A stretch of 42,412 nucleotides of DNA, taken from positions 1-42,412 of the forward strand of contig JBEKNO010000001.1 in the NCBI GenBank assembly GCA_049522735.1, written 5' to 3'. Source of the DNA: Terracidiphilus sp. (lineage in GTDB: Bacteria > Acidobacteriota > Terriglobia > Terriglobales > Acidobacteriaceae). Under the pieces are notes generated by a model. It was not told the origin of the DNA. It worked only from the letters and a program-made list of their open reading frames with translations, and ran no database searches. This document shows, in pieces, positions 7,929 to 17,477 of this stretch. Position numbers and translations under genes: made by a program. How positions within the stretch are numbered: position 1 is the stretch's first letter; every line of letters begins with the position of its first letter.

Positions 7929-9206
7929 TCAGACCGTCTCTTCCAGCGGCGGCGCAACCCGCGCCCCCATGCGCAAAATCACGCCGGAGATGACCAGGAA
8001 GATCAGCGTAGCCCCCAGGCCGATGCTCAGGTTTGACCGGTCGGAGATGGCGCCGATGATGGTGGGCGAGAAGGTATCGCCGAAGAGGTGGATGCAGAAC
8101 AAATTAAATGAAATGGCCGTTGCCCGCACCGGCGCCGATACCGAGTTTACGATGGCCGCATTCAGCGGTCCGGTATTGAGGAAGAGAAAGAACTCGGCTG
8201 CAAACAGCGCCGGGATGGCCCATGCGCGCGGTCCGAAGAAGACCAGCGCGCCGCACGGCAGGGTCAGCGTCACGCTCCAAAATGAGAGCAGGTAGAGCGC
8301 GCGGAAGTTGGTGCGCAACCAGCGCTGCGCAAGCCATCCGCCGACAAGGGTTCCGGCAATGCCGTCGACCACCGTTATGGCGCCGACCACCAGGCTGGCA
8401 TCGCCCACCGAGAGCCCCGCGGAACGGTGCAGAAATGTGGGAACCCACGCCGAGATGCCGCCCATGGCGAAGGTGAGCGTCGCCAGCCCGAAGGTCGCCG
8501 TAAGAAAAGCAGGGTTGCGAAACAGTCCCAGGACCGTGGTGCGATCGGCAGTGGGACGGATATGGTCACTCGAGCCGCGCTCGGGCTCCCGGCCCATCCA
8601 CCCGTAGAGCGCGGCAATCGCCAGCCCCGGAATCGCGCAGAGAAAGAACGGCGCTCGCCAGCCCCACATCGTGCCCAGTTCCCCGCCCGCCAGGTAGCCC
8701 AGCGCGGCGCCCACCGGAATGGCCAGATAAAAGATGGAGAGGATACGGTTGCGATCCCGCTCGGGATAGAAGTCGGCCAGCACCGCCGGCGCAAAGATGC
8801 CGAAGGTAGCCTCGCCCACCCCCACCAGCGCATGGCGGATGAAGAGGGTGCGGTAGTCATGCACCCAGGCCGACCCCAGCGTAGCCACGCTCCACAGCAC
8901 CGCACCGGCTATGATCAGCGGCTTGCGCCGAAAATGGTCTCCCAGCCAGCCCGTCAGCGGAGCCGCAAGCATATAAAAGACAAACAGCGCAGTGGTCAGC
9001 GCGCCCATCTGCTGGTCGGTGGAGTGAAACTCGCGCTGGATCAGCGCTACCTCGCCAGGCAGAATATAGCGGTCGATGTAGTTGAAAAGGTTCAGCCCAA
9101 TGAGCAGCAGCAGCGTCCCCATGGCGGGGCTGACGCGCGAACGGAGAGGCTGGGGCAAAGTCAGCAAGTGGCGTAATTCTCGCAACAGAAGCAAGAACTT
9201 ACACAA
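7929..9206 (-). CDS. Spinster-like MFS transporter (start uncertain)
   Basis: NLFNYIDRY, GWLGDHFRRK, GVGEA, LADFYPERDR, HLFGDTFSP; about 12 hydrophobic segments. Confidence 0.9.
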   Translation of the reverse strand: MCKFLLLLRELRHLLTLPQPLRSRVSPAMGTLLLLIGLNLFNYIDRYILPGEVALIQREFHSTDQQMGALTTALFVFYMLAAPLTGWLGDHFRRKPLIIAGAVLWSVATLGSAWVHDYRTLFIRHALVGVGEATFGIFAPAVLADFYPERDRNRILSIFYLAIPVGAALGYLAGGELGTMWGWRAPFFLCAIPGLAIAALYGWMGREPERGSSDHIRPTADRTTVLGLFRNPAFLTATFGLATLTFAMGGISAWVPTFLHRSAGLSVGDASLVVGAITVVDGIAGTLVGGWLAQRWLRTNFRALYLLSFWSVTLTLPCGALVFFGPRAWAIPALFAAEFFLFLNTGPLNAAIVNSVSAPVRATAISFNLFCIHLFGDTFSPTIIGAISDRSNLSIGLGATLIFLVISGVILRMGARVAPPLEETV

Positions 9207-9250
9207 ATATCACAATCGGCTATCGACAGCCCACTGCTTTATCAACAAGT

Positions 9251-9649
9251 TCAGGCCGCCGGCCGCGGCCAGCGCGCCTCCACGGTGGTCCCGATGCCGC
9301 CGCGAGGCCGGAATTCGCCCCGCACCGCGGCCCACACCGGGTCGCAGGCCTTCACCACGTCCTCCAGAACCTGGTTCACGATGTTTTCCTGGAAGATGCC
9401 CAGGTTGCGGTAGCTGAAGAGATATTCTTTCAGCGATTTCAGCTCCAGGCAGCGTTGGCGAGGCATGTAGCGGATGGTCAGAGTGCCGAAGTCCGGCAGT
9501 CCTGTTTTGGGGCAAACCGAGGTCAGCTCCGGATCGTCGATCGTGACCTCATAGCCGGGAAACTGGTTCTGCCAGGTCTCGATGGCGGGAAAGGCGAAAT
9601 CCAGGCCGGCTTTGGCGTGCTCGCCGGTATAGCGTGGTTCCAGAGCCAT
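9251..9649 (-). CDS. queF: 7-cyano-7-deazaguanine reductase (short type)
   Basis: ELTSVCPKTGLPDF, LELKSLKEYL, FQE, PRGGI; start moved to ATG 9649, which follows TACAAT + 6 nt. Confidence 0.95.
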   Translation of the reverse strand: MALEPRYTGEHAKAGLDFAFPAIETWQNQFPGYEVTIDDPELTSVCPKTGLPDFGTLTIRYMPRQRCLELKSLKEYLFSYRNLGIFQENIVNQVLEDVVKACDPVWAAVRGEFRPRGGIGTTVEARWPRPAA

Positions 9650-9759
9650 GTTCCTATTGTACGAGCCTGTAGATGGGCTGGCCACTTCCGCTCCCCGGCG
9701 CATTATTCTGCGCCTGAAGACCGGCATTTGAGTCCTATATACTGACTCTGGTTAGTTGA

Positions 9760-11004
9760 ATGGCAGAAGAGAGAAAGCAATCGGACCGGCTCCGGCTCTG
9801 GTTTTGGAGGGGCGCGGGCGTACTTCTCGTCGTCGTCTTCTTCACTACGCGGTTTCTCATGCGGGATCAGTTGCCGGTGCATCAAGCGCAGGTGATCCGC
9901 CAGGAGCTGGTCAATACGGTGAGCACCAACGGCCGCGTGGAGCCTGAGGACAACTACGAGTTCTATAGTCCCATCGCCACCACCGTCAAGGCCGTCTACG
10001 TGCAGCCCGGCGACCAGGTACCGGCAGGCAAGCTGCTGTTGGTGCTGGACGATGTGCAGGCGCGCGCCCGTCTGGCCTCCGCCGGGAGCGGGGTCAAGGC
10101 GGCCCAGGCAGCGGTGGAAGCGGCCACCCACAACGGAACCCAGCAAGAGCGCCAATCGACGGCAGGCGAGATTGCCCGCGAACGGCTGGACCGCGATCAG
10201 GCGAGCCGCGATCTGGATGCGCTCGTCAAGCTGAAGGCCACGGGCGCGGCCTCGGCCAGCGAGGTGGCGGCCGCGCAACAACGGCTGGATACAGCCGAAG
10301 CCAGCCTGCACGCATCCGATCAGAGCGCCAACAGCCGCTTCTCGACGGCAGAGGTCGAGCGGGCGCAGGCGGAGCTGGCCGGCGCTGAAGCCAATCTGGC
10401 GGCGGCGCGGCAGGTGCTGGCGCAGACTTCCATCCATGCTCCCGTGGCCGGAACGGTCTATAGCCTGGATGCCGGGCCCACGGAGTTTGTTGAAGAGGGC
10501 AAACTCCTGCTCCAGTTGGCTGACCTGCACCATGAGCGCGTGCGGGCCTATTTCGACGAGCCTGAGATCGGAAGGCTGGCCGTTGGCCAGAAGATTCAGA
10601 TCAAGTGGGACGCCAAGCCGGGCAAGCTGTGGCATGGGCACATCGTGCGCACTCCCGTAACCGTGATTACCTACGGCACGCGCAATGTGGGCGAGGTGCT
10701 CATCGAGATCGACGATGCGGATGGCGATCTGCTGCCCGATACCAACGTCACTGTCACGGTGACCACCTCCAGCGAGCCAAACACCCTCAGCGTGCCCCGC
10801 GAAGCGCTCCACTCCGAGAACGGCAAGCCCTACGTCTACAAGGTGGTCAACAATGAGCTGGTGCGAACCTCGGTAACCACCGGAACCATCAACATCGCCC
10901 AGGTGGCCATTCTCTCCGGACTCAGGGAGGGAGATTGGGTGGCAACCGGGACAGCCAATGGACAGCCCTTGCAGGAGGGCATTCCGATAAAGGTTGCGCG
11001 GTGA
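9760..11004 (+). CDS. Efflux periplasmic adaptor (HlyD/MFP)
   Basis: N-terminal TM, lipoyl halves VYVQPGDQVPAG and IHAPVAGTV, long coiled coil, LSVPREAL, ILSGLREGD. Confidence 0.93.
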   Translation: MAEERKQSDRLRLWFWRGAGVLLVVVFFTTRFLMRDQLPVHQAQVIRQELVNTVSTNGRVEPEDNYEFYSPIATTVKAVYVQPGDQVPAGKLLLVLDDVQARARLASAGSGVKAAQAAVEAATHNGTQQERQSTAGEIARERLDRDQASRDLDALVKLKATGAASASEVAAAQQRLDTAEASLHASDQSANSRFSTAEVERAQAELAGAEANLAAARQVLAQTSIHAPVAGTVYSLDAGPTEFVEEGKLLLQLADLHHERVRAYFDEPEIGRLAVGQKIQIKWDAKPGKLWHGHIVRTPVTVITYGTRNVGEVLIEIDDADGDLLPDTNVTVTVTTSSEPNTLSVPREALHSENGKPYVYKVVNNELVRTSVTTGTINIAQVAILSGLREGDWVATGTANGQPLQEGIPIKVAR

Positions 11005-11984
11005 CACTGTTGCGCTGTGCGGCAAGGGTTCTGACGGCAGTGGTGCTGGCGCCAGTCATGACGAATTCGGCGTCCGCGCAGACCCTGCTGGCTCAGGCCA
11101 ACGCAGCCCTCCAGGCCGGCGAGGCGGACCGGGCGCTGGCCCTGCTCAACTCCCTTGCCCCGTCAGACGCGGGCCAGGCCGAGGCCCATAACCTGCAATG
11201 CCGCGTGCGCTACACCCTGGAGCAGTGGGATGCCGCCGCAAGCCAGTGCGAGCAGGCGGTGCGCCTGGATGGGCAGAATTCCGGCTATCATCTGTGGCTG
11301 GGCCGCGCCCTGGGCGAGAAAGCTGACCGGGCCACGTTTCTCCACGCATATTCTCTCGCCAAGCGCACGCGGGCAGAGTTCGAAGAGTCGGTCCGGCTGG
11401 ATCCCCGCAATGCCGATGCCCTGGCCGATCTCGGCGATTTTTACCGGCAAGCGCCCGGAGCAGTGGGCGGCGGCATTGAAAAGGCGCAGGGAATCGCCGC
11501 GCAGTTGGACAAGGTGGATGCAGCGCGCGCCCACGAGCTGCGAGGCCGCATTGCCGAAGGGCGCAAGGACTACGGCACGGCGGAGCGCGAGTTCAAGCAG
11601 GCCATCGCGGTTGCCGCGCATCCCGCCTTGCAGTGGATCACGCTGGCCAGCTTCTATAGCCGCCAAAAGCGATGGACGGAGATGGAGTCGGCTCTGCACA
11701 GCGGCATGACCGTGGCGCGACGCGATATGCACTCGAGCGTTGCCCTCTTTGATGGCGCAGGCGTGCTGACTGAAGCCAATCGCGACCCGGAACTGGCGGC
11801 CAGAATGCTGGAAGATTATCTGGCCGGCTCGGCAAAAACAGAGGAAGCGCCGGCGTTTGTGGCCCACTATCGCCTGGCGCAACTGAAGGAGCAGTTCGGA
11901 GACGCCGCGGCGGCAGATCGGGAACGGGCAGCGGCCCTGGCCCTGGCGCATGATTACAGGCCCGCGCAGGAAGCAAAACATTGA
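11001..11984 (+). CDS. Exported tetratricopeptide-repeat protein
   Basis: GTGA overlap with the adaptor stop; signal peptide ending ASA|Q; TPR-like repeats YHLWLGRALG and AEFEESVRLDP..ADALADLGDFY. Confidence 0.85.
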   Translation: MTLLRCAARVLTAVVLAPVMTNSASAQTLLAQANAALQAGEADRALALLNSLAPSDAGQAEAHNLQCRVRYTLEQWDAAASQCEQAVRLDGQNSGYHLWLGRALGEKADRATFLHAYSLAKRTRAEFEESVRLDPRNADALADLGDFYRQAPGAVGGGIEKAQGIAAQLDKVDAARAHELRGRIAEGRKDYGTAEREFKQAIAVAAHPALQWITLASFYSRQKRWTEMESALHSGMTVARRDMHSSVALFDGAGVLTEANRDPELAARMLEDYLAGSAKTEEAPAFVAHYRLAQLKEQFGDAAAADRERAAALALAHDYRPAQEAKH

Positions 11985-13327
11985 CAGGGATATCTCACGT
12001 GAAGATAAAAAACAATCCGCGCTGGGTCTTGCTCATGCTCATGGCGTTCGCGGCTGCGCCCGTGCTGCTGCCGGCGCAGGTTTCGCTGGGCACCGTAGTG
12101 GACCTGGCCCAACGTAATTCAATCGCCGTCAGGCTGGCCGAGGCCGATGTGCAAAAGGCCCAGGCAGCACTGGCACAGATCCATGATGCGTATATTCCCA
12201 GCCTGGGCTTCGGCTCCGGGCTTCCCGCGGTGCCTGCTGTCGGCTTCACCGGCAGCCCGCCATCGATCGTGAACGCCACCGTGCAGTCGCTGGTCTACAG
12301 CCTTCCGCAAAAGCAGTACATGGGCGCGGCGCGTTCTGGAGTTCAGGCCGCTATCCTCAACCGCAAAAGCGCACGTGAGCAAGTTGCGCTCGATGCCTCA
12401 ACGGCCTACATCGAACTCGATACCGTGAACAGCGAACTTGAAGCCGCGCGCCAGCAGGAGACTTTCGCCGAGCGGCTGGTCAAAATCGTGCAGGAACGCG
12501 CCGAGGCCGGTTTCGACTCGTCACTTGATCTGTTGCAGGCCCGCCTCATAGCCGCTCAAAACAAACTCAAACGCCTGCACCTGGAGATGCGCGCCGCCGC
12601 GCTTTCAAAGCAACTCGCCACGCTCACCGGCCTGCCAATGGGTTCCATACTGCCCGATCATGCCAGCATTCCAGAGATTCCCGCGGTGAAGGCGGATGAA
12701 GGCAGCAGTACCACCGCCGCCATCACATCGGCGCAGATGCTGGCGCGCGCCAAACAACAGACGGCGCATGGGGACGCGCTCAACAGGCTCTTCCCCCAAA
12801 TCAGCTTTAACGTAGAATACGACCGCGACACCAAGCTCCTCAACAATGCCAACTCCTACTTCGCGCGCCCCCTCAAGTCTGACAATTTGAGTTCCGGATT
12901 CTCCATTCAAGTTCCAATATTCAATCTCGCTCTACACGCCAAGGCCAGAGAGTCGGCAGCCGATGCGCTGCGGGCCACCGTCGAAGCCGAAGAGGCCCAG
13001 CGGCAAAATGACGTTCAGATTGCCTCGCTTACCGGCAGCCTGCGCGAGTTGGATGCCCTGGCCGAAGTTGCGAGTCTGAATCAACAGATCGCCAATGAGC
13101 AGTTGCAGTCCGTGCTCTCCCAACTGGAGTTGGGCAACGGCAGCGTAAGCGGCCCCGCCGCCCAGCCGCAACTGACCCCCAAAGCCGAGCAACTGGCCCG
13201 CATCGATGAGCGCCAGAAATTTGAGGACGCGCTGGACGCCGGATTCGACCTCGCAAAAGCCCGGCTCAGCCTGCTCTGCGCACTCGGCCACATGGAAGAC
13301 TGGCTGCAGGAACTACACGCAAAGTAG
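11981..13327 (+). CDS. TolC-family outer membrane efflux protein
   Basis: Signal peptide, VSLGTVVDLA, AYIPSL, LDLLQARL, FSIQVPIFN; helical heptads; in operon with the MFP. Confidence 0.85.
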   Translation: MTGISHVKIKNNPRWVLLMLMAFAAAPVLLPAQVSLGTVVDLAQRNSIAVRLAEADVQKAQAALAQIHDAYIPSLGFGSGLPAVPAVGFTGSPPSIVNATVQSLVYSLPQKQYMGAARSGVQAAILNRKSAREQVALDASTAYIELDTVNSELEAARQQETFAERLVKIVQERAEAGFDSSLDLLQARLIAAQNKLKRLHLEMRAAALSKQLATLTGLPMGSILPDHASIPEIPAVKADEGSSTTAAITSAQMLARAKQQTAHGDALNRLFPQISFNVEYDRDTKLLNNANSYFARPLKSDNLSSGFSIQVPIFNLALHAKARESAADALRATVEAEEAQRQNDVQIASLTGSLRELDALAEVASLNQQIANEQLQSVLSQLELGNGSVSGPAAQPQLTPKAEQLARIDERQKFEDALDAGFDLAKARLSLLCALGHMEDWLQELHAK

Positions 13328-13381
13328 ATCGAAACCCGGACAAACCGGCCCCGAAATGGCCGCAATGTTAGAATATAAGGG

Positions 13382-14863
13382 ATGTCTATGCCCCTGAAAA
13401 CACTTCTCCTGAATCCGCCCTCGTTCGAGAACTTTGACGGCGGCGCGAGTTCGCGCTGGCCGGCTACGCGCGAGATTGAGTCCTACTGGTACCCGGTTTG
13501 GCTGACCTACCCGGCCGGTTTGCTGGAGGGTTCGCGCCTGCTTGACGCGCCTCCGCACCACGTCTCCGCGGAAGATACCATCAACATCTGCAAGGATTAC
13601 GAGTTCCTGGTGCTCTTCACTTCGACCATAGGCTGGGAGGGCGACCAGCGCCTGGCCGAGGCCATTAAAAAGGCCAATCCCTCCATCCGCATCGCCTTTG
13701 TCGGCCCCCCGGTGACCACCGACCCGGACCGCGCCCTCAACGAGTGCTCCGTGCTGGACTTCATCTGCCGCCGCGAGTTCGACTACTCGGTGGTCGAGTT
13801 TGCCCAGGGAAAACCGCTCCACGAGATTCTCGGCATCAGCTACAAGCGCGACGGCAAGATTGTCCACAACCCCGACCGGCCTCAAGTTGAAGATTTGGAC
13901 GCCATGCCCTGGGCCACCAAGGTCTACAAGCGCGATATCGACGTGACGCGCTACAACGTCCCCTTCCTGCTCCATCCTTTCATCGCCCTCTACTCCACGC
14001 GCGGATGCCCGGCGCAGTGCACCTTCTGCCTGTGGCCGCAGACCCTGAGCGGTCACGCCTGGCGCAAGCGCTCCACCGATGACGTGGCCGCCGAACTGGC
14101 CTGGGCCAAAGAGAACTTCCCCGATGTGAAGGAGTTCTTCTTCGACGACGACACTTTCAATATTCAGAAGGCCCGCACCATCGAGCTGTGCGAAAAGCTC
14201 AAACCGCTGGGTCTAACCTGGAGCTGCACCTCCCGCGTCACCACCGACTACGAGACGCTCAAGGCCATGCGCGAGGCCGGCTGCCGCCTGCTCATCGTGG
14301 GCTTCGAGTCCGGCGACCCGCAGATCCTCAAGAACATCAAGAAGGGCGCCACCGTGGAGCGCGCCCGCGACTTCGCGCGGGACTGCCACAAGCTCGGCCT
14401 CACCATCCACGCCGACTTCATCCTCGGCCTGCCGGGGGAGACCAGGGAGTCGATCCGCAACACCATCAACTTCGCCAAGTCTCTCGATTGCGAAACCCTC
14501 CAGGTCTCCATAGCCCACGCCTATCCCGGCACCGAATTCTACGACTACGCCAAGGCCAACGGCTTTATCGTGAATGCCGCGGCCATGAGCGACGAGGGCG
14601 GCCACCAGATGGCGCACATCGAGTATCCGGGCCTGCCCATGGATTACGTCCTGGAGATGGTTCACCGCTTCTACGACGAATACTACTTCAGGCCCAGGGC
14701 CGCTATGCGCGTGGTCTGGAAGGCGTTTGTGAATCGCGATCTGCCCCGGCTCTACGTCGAGGCCAAAGCCTTCCTCAAACTCCGCGCGCAGCGCAACAAG
14801 ATGGTCAAGGTTGCCCGCAGCCAGCAGGCCGAGCCGCCAGCCCCCGTAAGCGCCGGCGCTTAG
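13382..14863 (+). CDS. hpnJ: Hopanoid-associated radical SAM protein HpnJ
   Basis: LNPPSFENFDGGASSRWPATREI, RGCPAQCTFCLWPQT, FFFDDDTF. Confidence 0.95.
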   Translation: MSMPLKTLLLNPPSFENFDGGASSRWPATREIESYWYPVWLTYPAGLLEGSRLLDAPPHHVSAEDTINICKDYEFLVLFTSTIGWEGDQRLAEAIKKANPSIRIAFVGPPVTTDPDRALNECSVLDFICRREFDYSVVEFAQGKPLHEILGISYKRDGKIVHNPDRPQVEDLDAMPWATKVYKRDIDVTRYNVPFLLHPFIALYSTRGCPAQCTFCLWPQTLSGHAWRKRSTDDVAAELAWAKENFPDVKEFFFDDDTFNIQKARTIELCEKLKPLGLTWSCTSRVTTDYETLKAMREAGCRLLIVGFESGDPQILKNIKKGATVERARDFARDCHKLGLTIHADFILGLPGETRESIRNTINFAKSLDCETLQVSIAHAYPGTEFYDYAKANGFIVNAAAMSDEGGHQMAHIEYPGLPMDYVLEMVHRFYDEYYFRPRAAMRVVWKAFVNRDLPRLYVEAKAFLKLRAQRNKMVKVARSQQAEPPAPVSAGA

Positions 14864-14935
14864 TTCACGCTCGGACGGCTCCCATCGAGGACGGCACTGG
14901 ACTTCTTCACTTTTACGGGCGGCCACAAATGCTCC

Positions 14936-14975
14936 GTGCCCCATCCTTTCCGTTTTTTCTGCGGAAAGGGTGGGA
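14936..14975 (+). repeat. REP-like element
   Basis: gtgccccatcctttccgttttttctgcggaaagggtggga, preceded by ccacaaatgctcc. Confidence 0.9.
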
Positions 14976-15022
14976 GACTACGAACCTCGAACCGGCGCCC
15001 TCTTCGTCAGGACCGAAAATCC

Positions 15023-15520
15023 ATGTCTCACGCAAGACTATCGCCGCGGCAATACATGATCCTGTTGCTGGTGGCCATTTGCGCCCCCCTCGGCGACTCC
15101 TGCCTCTCCCGCGGCATGACCAGCCTGCCGCCCATCTCGCTGGCCCATCCCGCCACCCTGGCCGCCGCGATCTTCACCCCGTGGATCGCCCTGGGCATCG
15201 TGCTGCTCATCGGTTTCTTCGCGAGCTATCTCACCGCGCTCTCCTGGGCCGATCTCACCTACGTCCTCCCCGCCACGGCCTTCGGCAACGTCATCGTCGC
15301 CCTGATTGCCCGCTTCTGGCTTCATGAGCCCATCTCGCTCGAACGCTGGGCGGGAATCCTCCTCATCACCCTCGGCGTGAGCTTTGTCGCGCAAGGCCCT
15401 CCCCGAACCGAAAAACCGGTCCACAAAATTCTGCTAATCGAGGAACGGGCGATTGCGGCCACGGCGCTCACCGAATGGCAGGAATCCACTATGCAAAACG
15501 ACCGGGAGCTGCCGCGATGA
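15023..15520 (+). CDS. Small DMT/EamA (ArnE/F-like) membrane protein
   Basis: Four TMs, LSWADLTYVLP, LHEPISLERWAG; the longer ORF start runs through the REP. Confidence 0.85.
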   Translation: MSHARLSPRQYMILLLVAICAPLGDSCLSRGMTSLPPISLAHPATLAAAIFTPWIALGIVLLIGFFASYLTALSWADLTYVLPATAFGNVIVALIARFWLHEPISLERWAGILLITLGVSFVAQGPPRTEKPVHKILLIEERAIAATALTEWQESTMQNDRELPR

Positions 15521-15924
15521 CCATTCCTTACCTGGATCCCCACCAAGATCCGTGGACCGCAACCGCCATGATTGCCGCCATCGTTCTCAGCTCCACCGCT
15601 GGCGAAGTCTTTATCGCCGCCGCCATGAAGTCCATCGGCGACCTGGATAAGATTCGCGCCCGCTCCGGCTTCAAAGGCGCCATTCGCGCTGTCCTCACCA
15701 GCCCGCCCTTTTTTGCCGGCGTCAGCTTTCTGGCCCTCGCCTTCTTTTCCCTGCTCCTGGCCCTGAACCACCTCAACCTGAGCCTCGTTGCGCCCGCCTC
15801 GGCCTCGCTCACACTGGTCACCAACGCCATCGCAGGCAAAATCTTCCTCAAGGAAAACGTAGACCGCCGCCGCTGGACCGCCGCCGTCCTGGTCTGCATC
15901 GGCGTCTACTTGCTTGCGCATTGA
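15517..15924 (+). CDS. Small DMT/EamA (ArnE/F-like) membrane protein
   Basis: ATGA overlap; LSLVAPASA, FLKENVDRRRW. Confidence 0.85.
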   Translation: MTIPYLDPHQDPWTATAMIAAIVLSSTAGEVFIAAAMKSIGDLDKIRARSGFKGAIRAVLTSPPFFAGVSFLALAFFSLLLALNHLNLSLVAPASASLTLVTNAIAGKIFLKENVDRRRWTAAVLVCIGVYLLAH

Positions 15925-15930
15925 GAGAAG

Positions 15931-16036
15931 CAGCTTCTAGCTTTTAGCTTTTTCGCGTCGTTCCGTATCCCTATAGATTGCAGAAACATACTATCAGCTT
16001 GATTGCGGTTAAGCGCGAAAACGGAGCTAGAAGCTG
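15931..16036. repeat. Inverted TAGCTTC-type arms between convergent genes
   Basis: cagcttctagct (15931-15942) / agctagaagctg (16025-16036); inner ttttcgcg / cgcgaaaa. Confidence 0.7.
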
Positions 16037-17463
16037 ATCCACCGCATCAGCCCCCGCGGCTTCAGATCCGCATTGAGAATGGTCCCCGGCTTACCCATGC
16101 TCGCGCAGACAGCCTCTGCCGCCAGATGCCCCGACCGCGCCGCGCTTTCCATCGTGGAGGGCCAGCCGGTCGTCGTCCAGTCCCCGGCCAGAAAGCAGTT
16201 CGCCCACGGCGAAACAGACGCCGGCCGCCAGGCATCGATTCCAGGAGGAACGCCGAAGGTAGCGCGCATCTCCTTCACCAGCGCAGCCTTTTCCAGCTTT
16301 GCAGTGGCCACTGCCGGAAAGAATTCACTCAATTCCCTTACCGCTTGCGCAATCGCTTCCTCGCGGCTGAGCTCGGCGAACCTGCGCGAGGCGCTCACCA
16401 CCAGCTCCACATAACTGCCCTTGCCCCTGCGCCAGGGCTGCAACCGGCTCTTGTTGTAGAGCCAGTGAATCTCGCGGTCCAGCAGCACAGCGTGATCGAG
16501 TTCGGTGATCTCGCGGTCGAACCACAGATGCACGCTGCAAATGGGCCAATGCTCGTAGTGTTCAAGTTGGCGTCCGAGCGCATCAGCGCCAGCGGCTGGC
16601 GGCATGTGTGGCAACAGCCTGGCCGTAGCCTCAAAGGGCAGCGCCAGCACCAGAAACTCCGGCTTCAGCGCGCCATCGCGCGTAGCCAGCGACCATCGCG
16701 AAGTCTCTTCGTCCCACGCCGCCGACTCCACGCTGGTGTTGAACAAAACGCTCGACCCGCTCCGCCGCAGGAATTCCGCCGCGCCTTCATAGAGTTCACT
16801 AAGCGGCGCAGTGCTCATCCCCATGCTGCCCGCCTGTGCCGAATTCATAAACAGTTCGCGGATCACCTTGGCCGCATAAGGCAAGGCAATGGAATCGAGG
16901 TCCGCATTAAGCGCGCTGGCAATCACCAGCCGCCAGAAGCGTTCGAGCGCGCCCCCGGTCTGCTTGTGCCGCCGCAGCCAATTCCCCAGCGATTCTTGAG
17001 AATCAGCCGGCACCGGCCGCATCAACGCCGTAAACGCCCGCCCCAACGCCAGCTTGTCGGCTAACGTGAATGCCCTGGCGCGCAGAAAGCTCGGCGCGCT
17101 GTGCAGCGGCGCCGGCAGGGTGAATGGACCCCATGCAGAAGGTCCAAGCGCGGAGCGCCGCCCTCCCGGCTCGATCATGGTCATCTCGCTGGTCCAGTGA
17201 ATCCGCTCCGCAACCCCGATGCGCCGATAGAACCCGATAAGATTGGTGCAGCAGCCGAAGAGAACATGCTGGCAGTTATCGATGACCTCATTCACGCCCG
17301 GATGCAGATACGAGCTTGCCCGCCCGCCCAGGTAGCCGCGCCGCTCCACCAGTTGCACGCGCAACCCCGCCTCGGCCAGCGCGCAAGCCGCGCTCATGCC
17401 GGCCACGCCGCCGCCCACCACCGTAACGGTTTTTGGGGGGATTTGCTGCAAACGGTTCAACAA
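16027..17463 (-). CDS. hpnE: Hydroxysqualene dehydroxylase
   Basis: VVGGGVAG FAD motif, LGGRASS, IDNCQHVL, LAGDWT..GWPSTMESAARSG; next to hpnCD. Confidence 0.95.
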   Translation of the reverse strand: MLNRLQQIPPKTVTVVGGGVAGMSAACALAEAGLRVQLVERRGYLGGRASSYLHPGVNEVIDNCQHVLFGCCTNLIGFYRRIGVAERIHWTSEMTMIEPGGRRSALGPSAWGPFTLPAPLHSAPSFLRARAFTLADKLALGRAFTALMRPVPADSQESLGNWLRRHKQTGGALERFWRLVIASALNADLDSIALPYAAKVIRELFMNSAQAGSMGMSTAPLSELYEGAAEFLRRSGSSVLFNTSVESAAWDEETSRWSLATRDGALKPEFLVLALPFEATARLLPHMPPAAGADALGRQLEHYEHWPICSVHLWFDREITELDHAVLLDREIHWLYNKSRLQPWRRGKGSYVELVVSASRRFAELSREEAIAQAVRELSEFFPAVATAKLEKAALVKEMRATFGVPPGIDAWRPASVSPWANCFLAGDWTTTGWPSTMESAARSGHLAAEAVCASMGKPGTILNADLKPRGLMRWISF

Positions 17464-17477
17464 AATCCTCTCATTGT

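Noticed and set aside
9650-9760. preQ1 riboswitch upstream of queF
   Set aside because: No aptamer motif seen, and the gene looks leaderless
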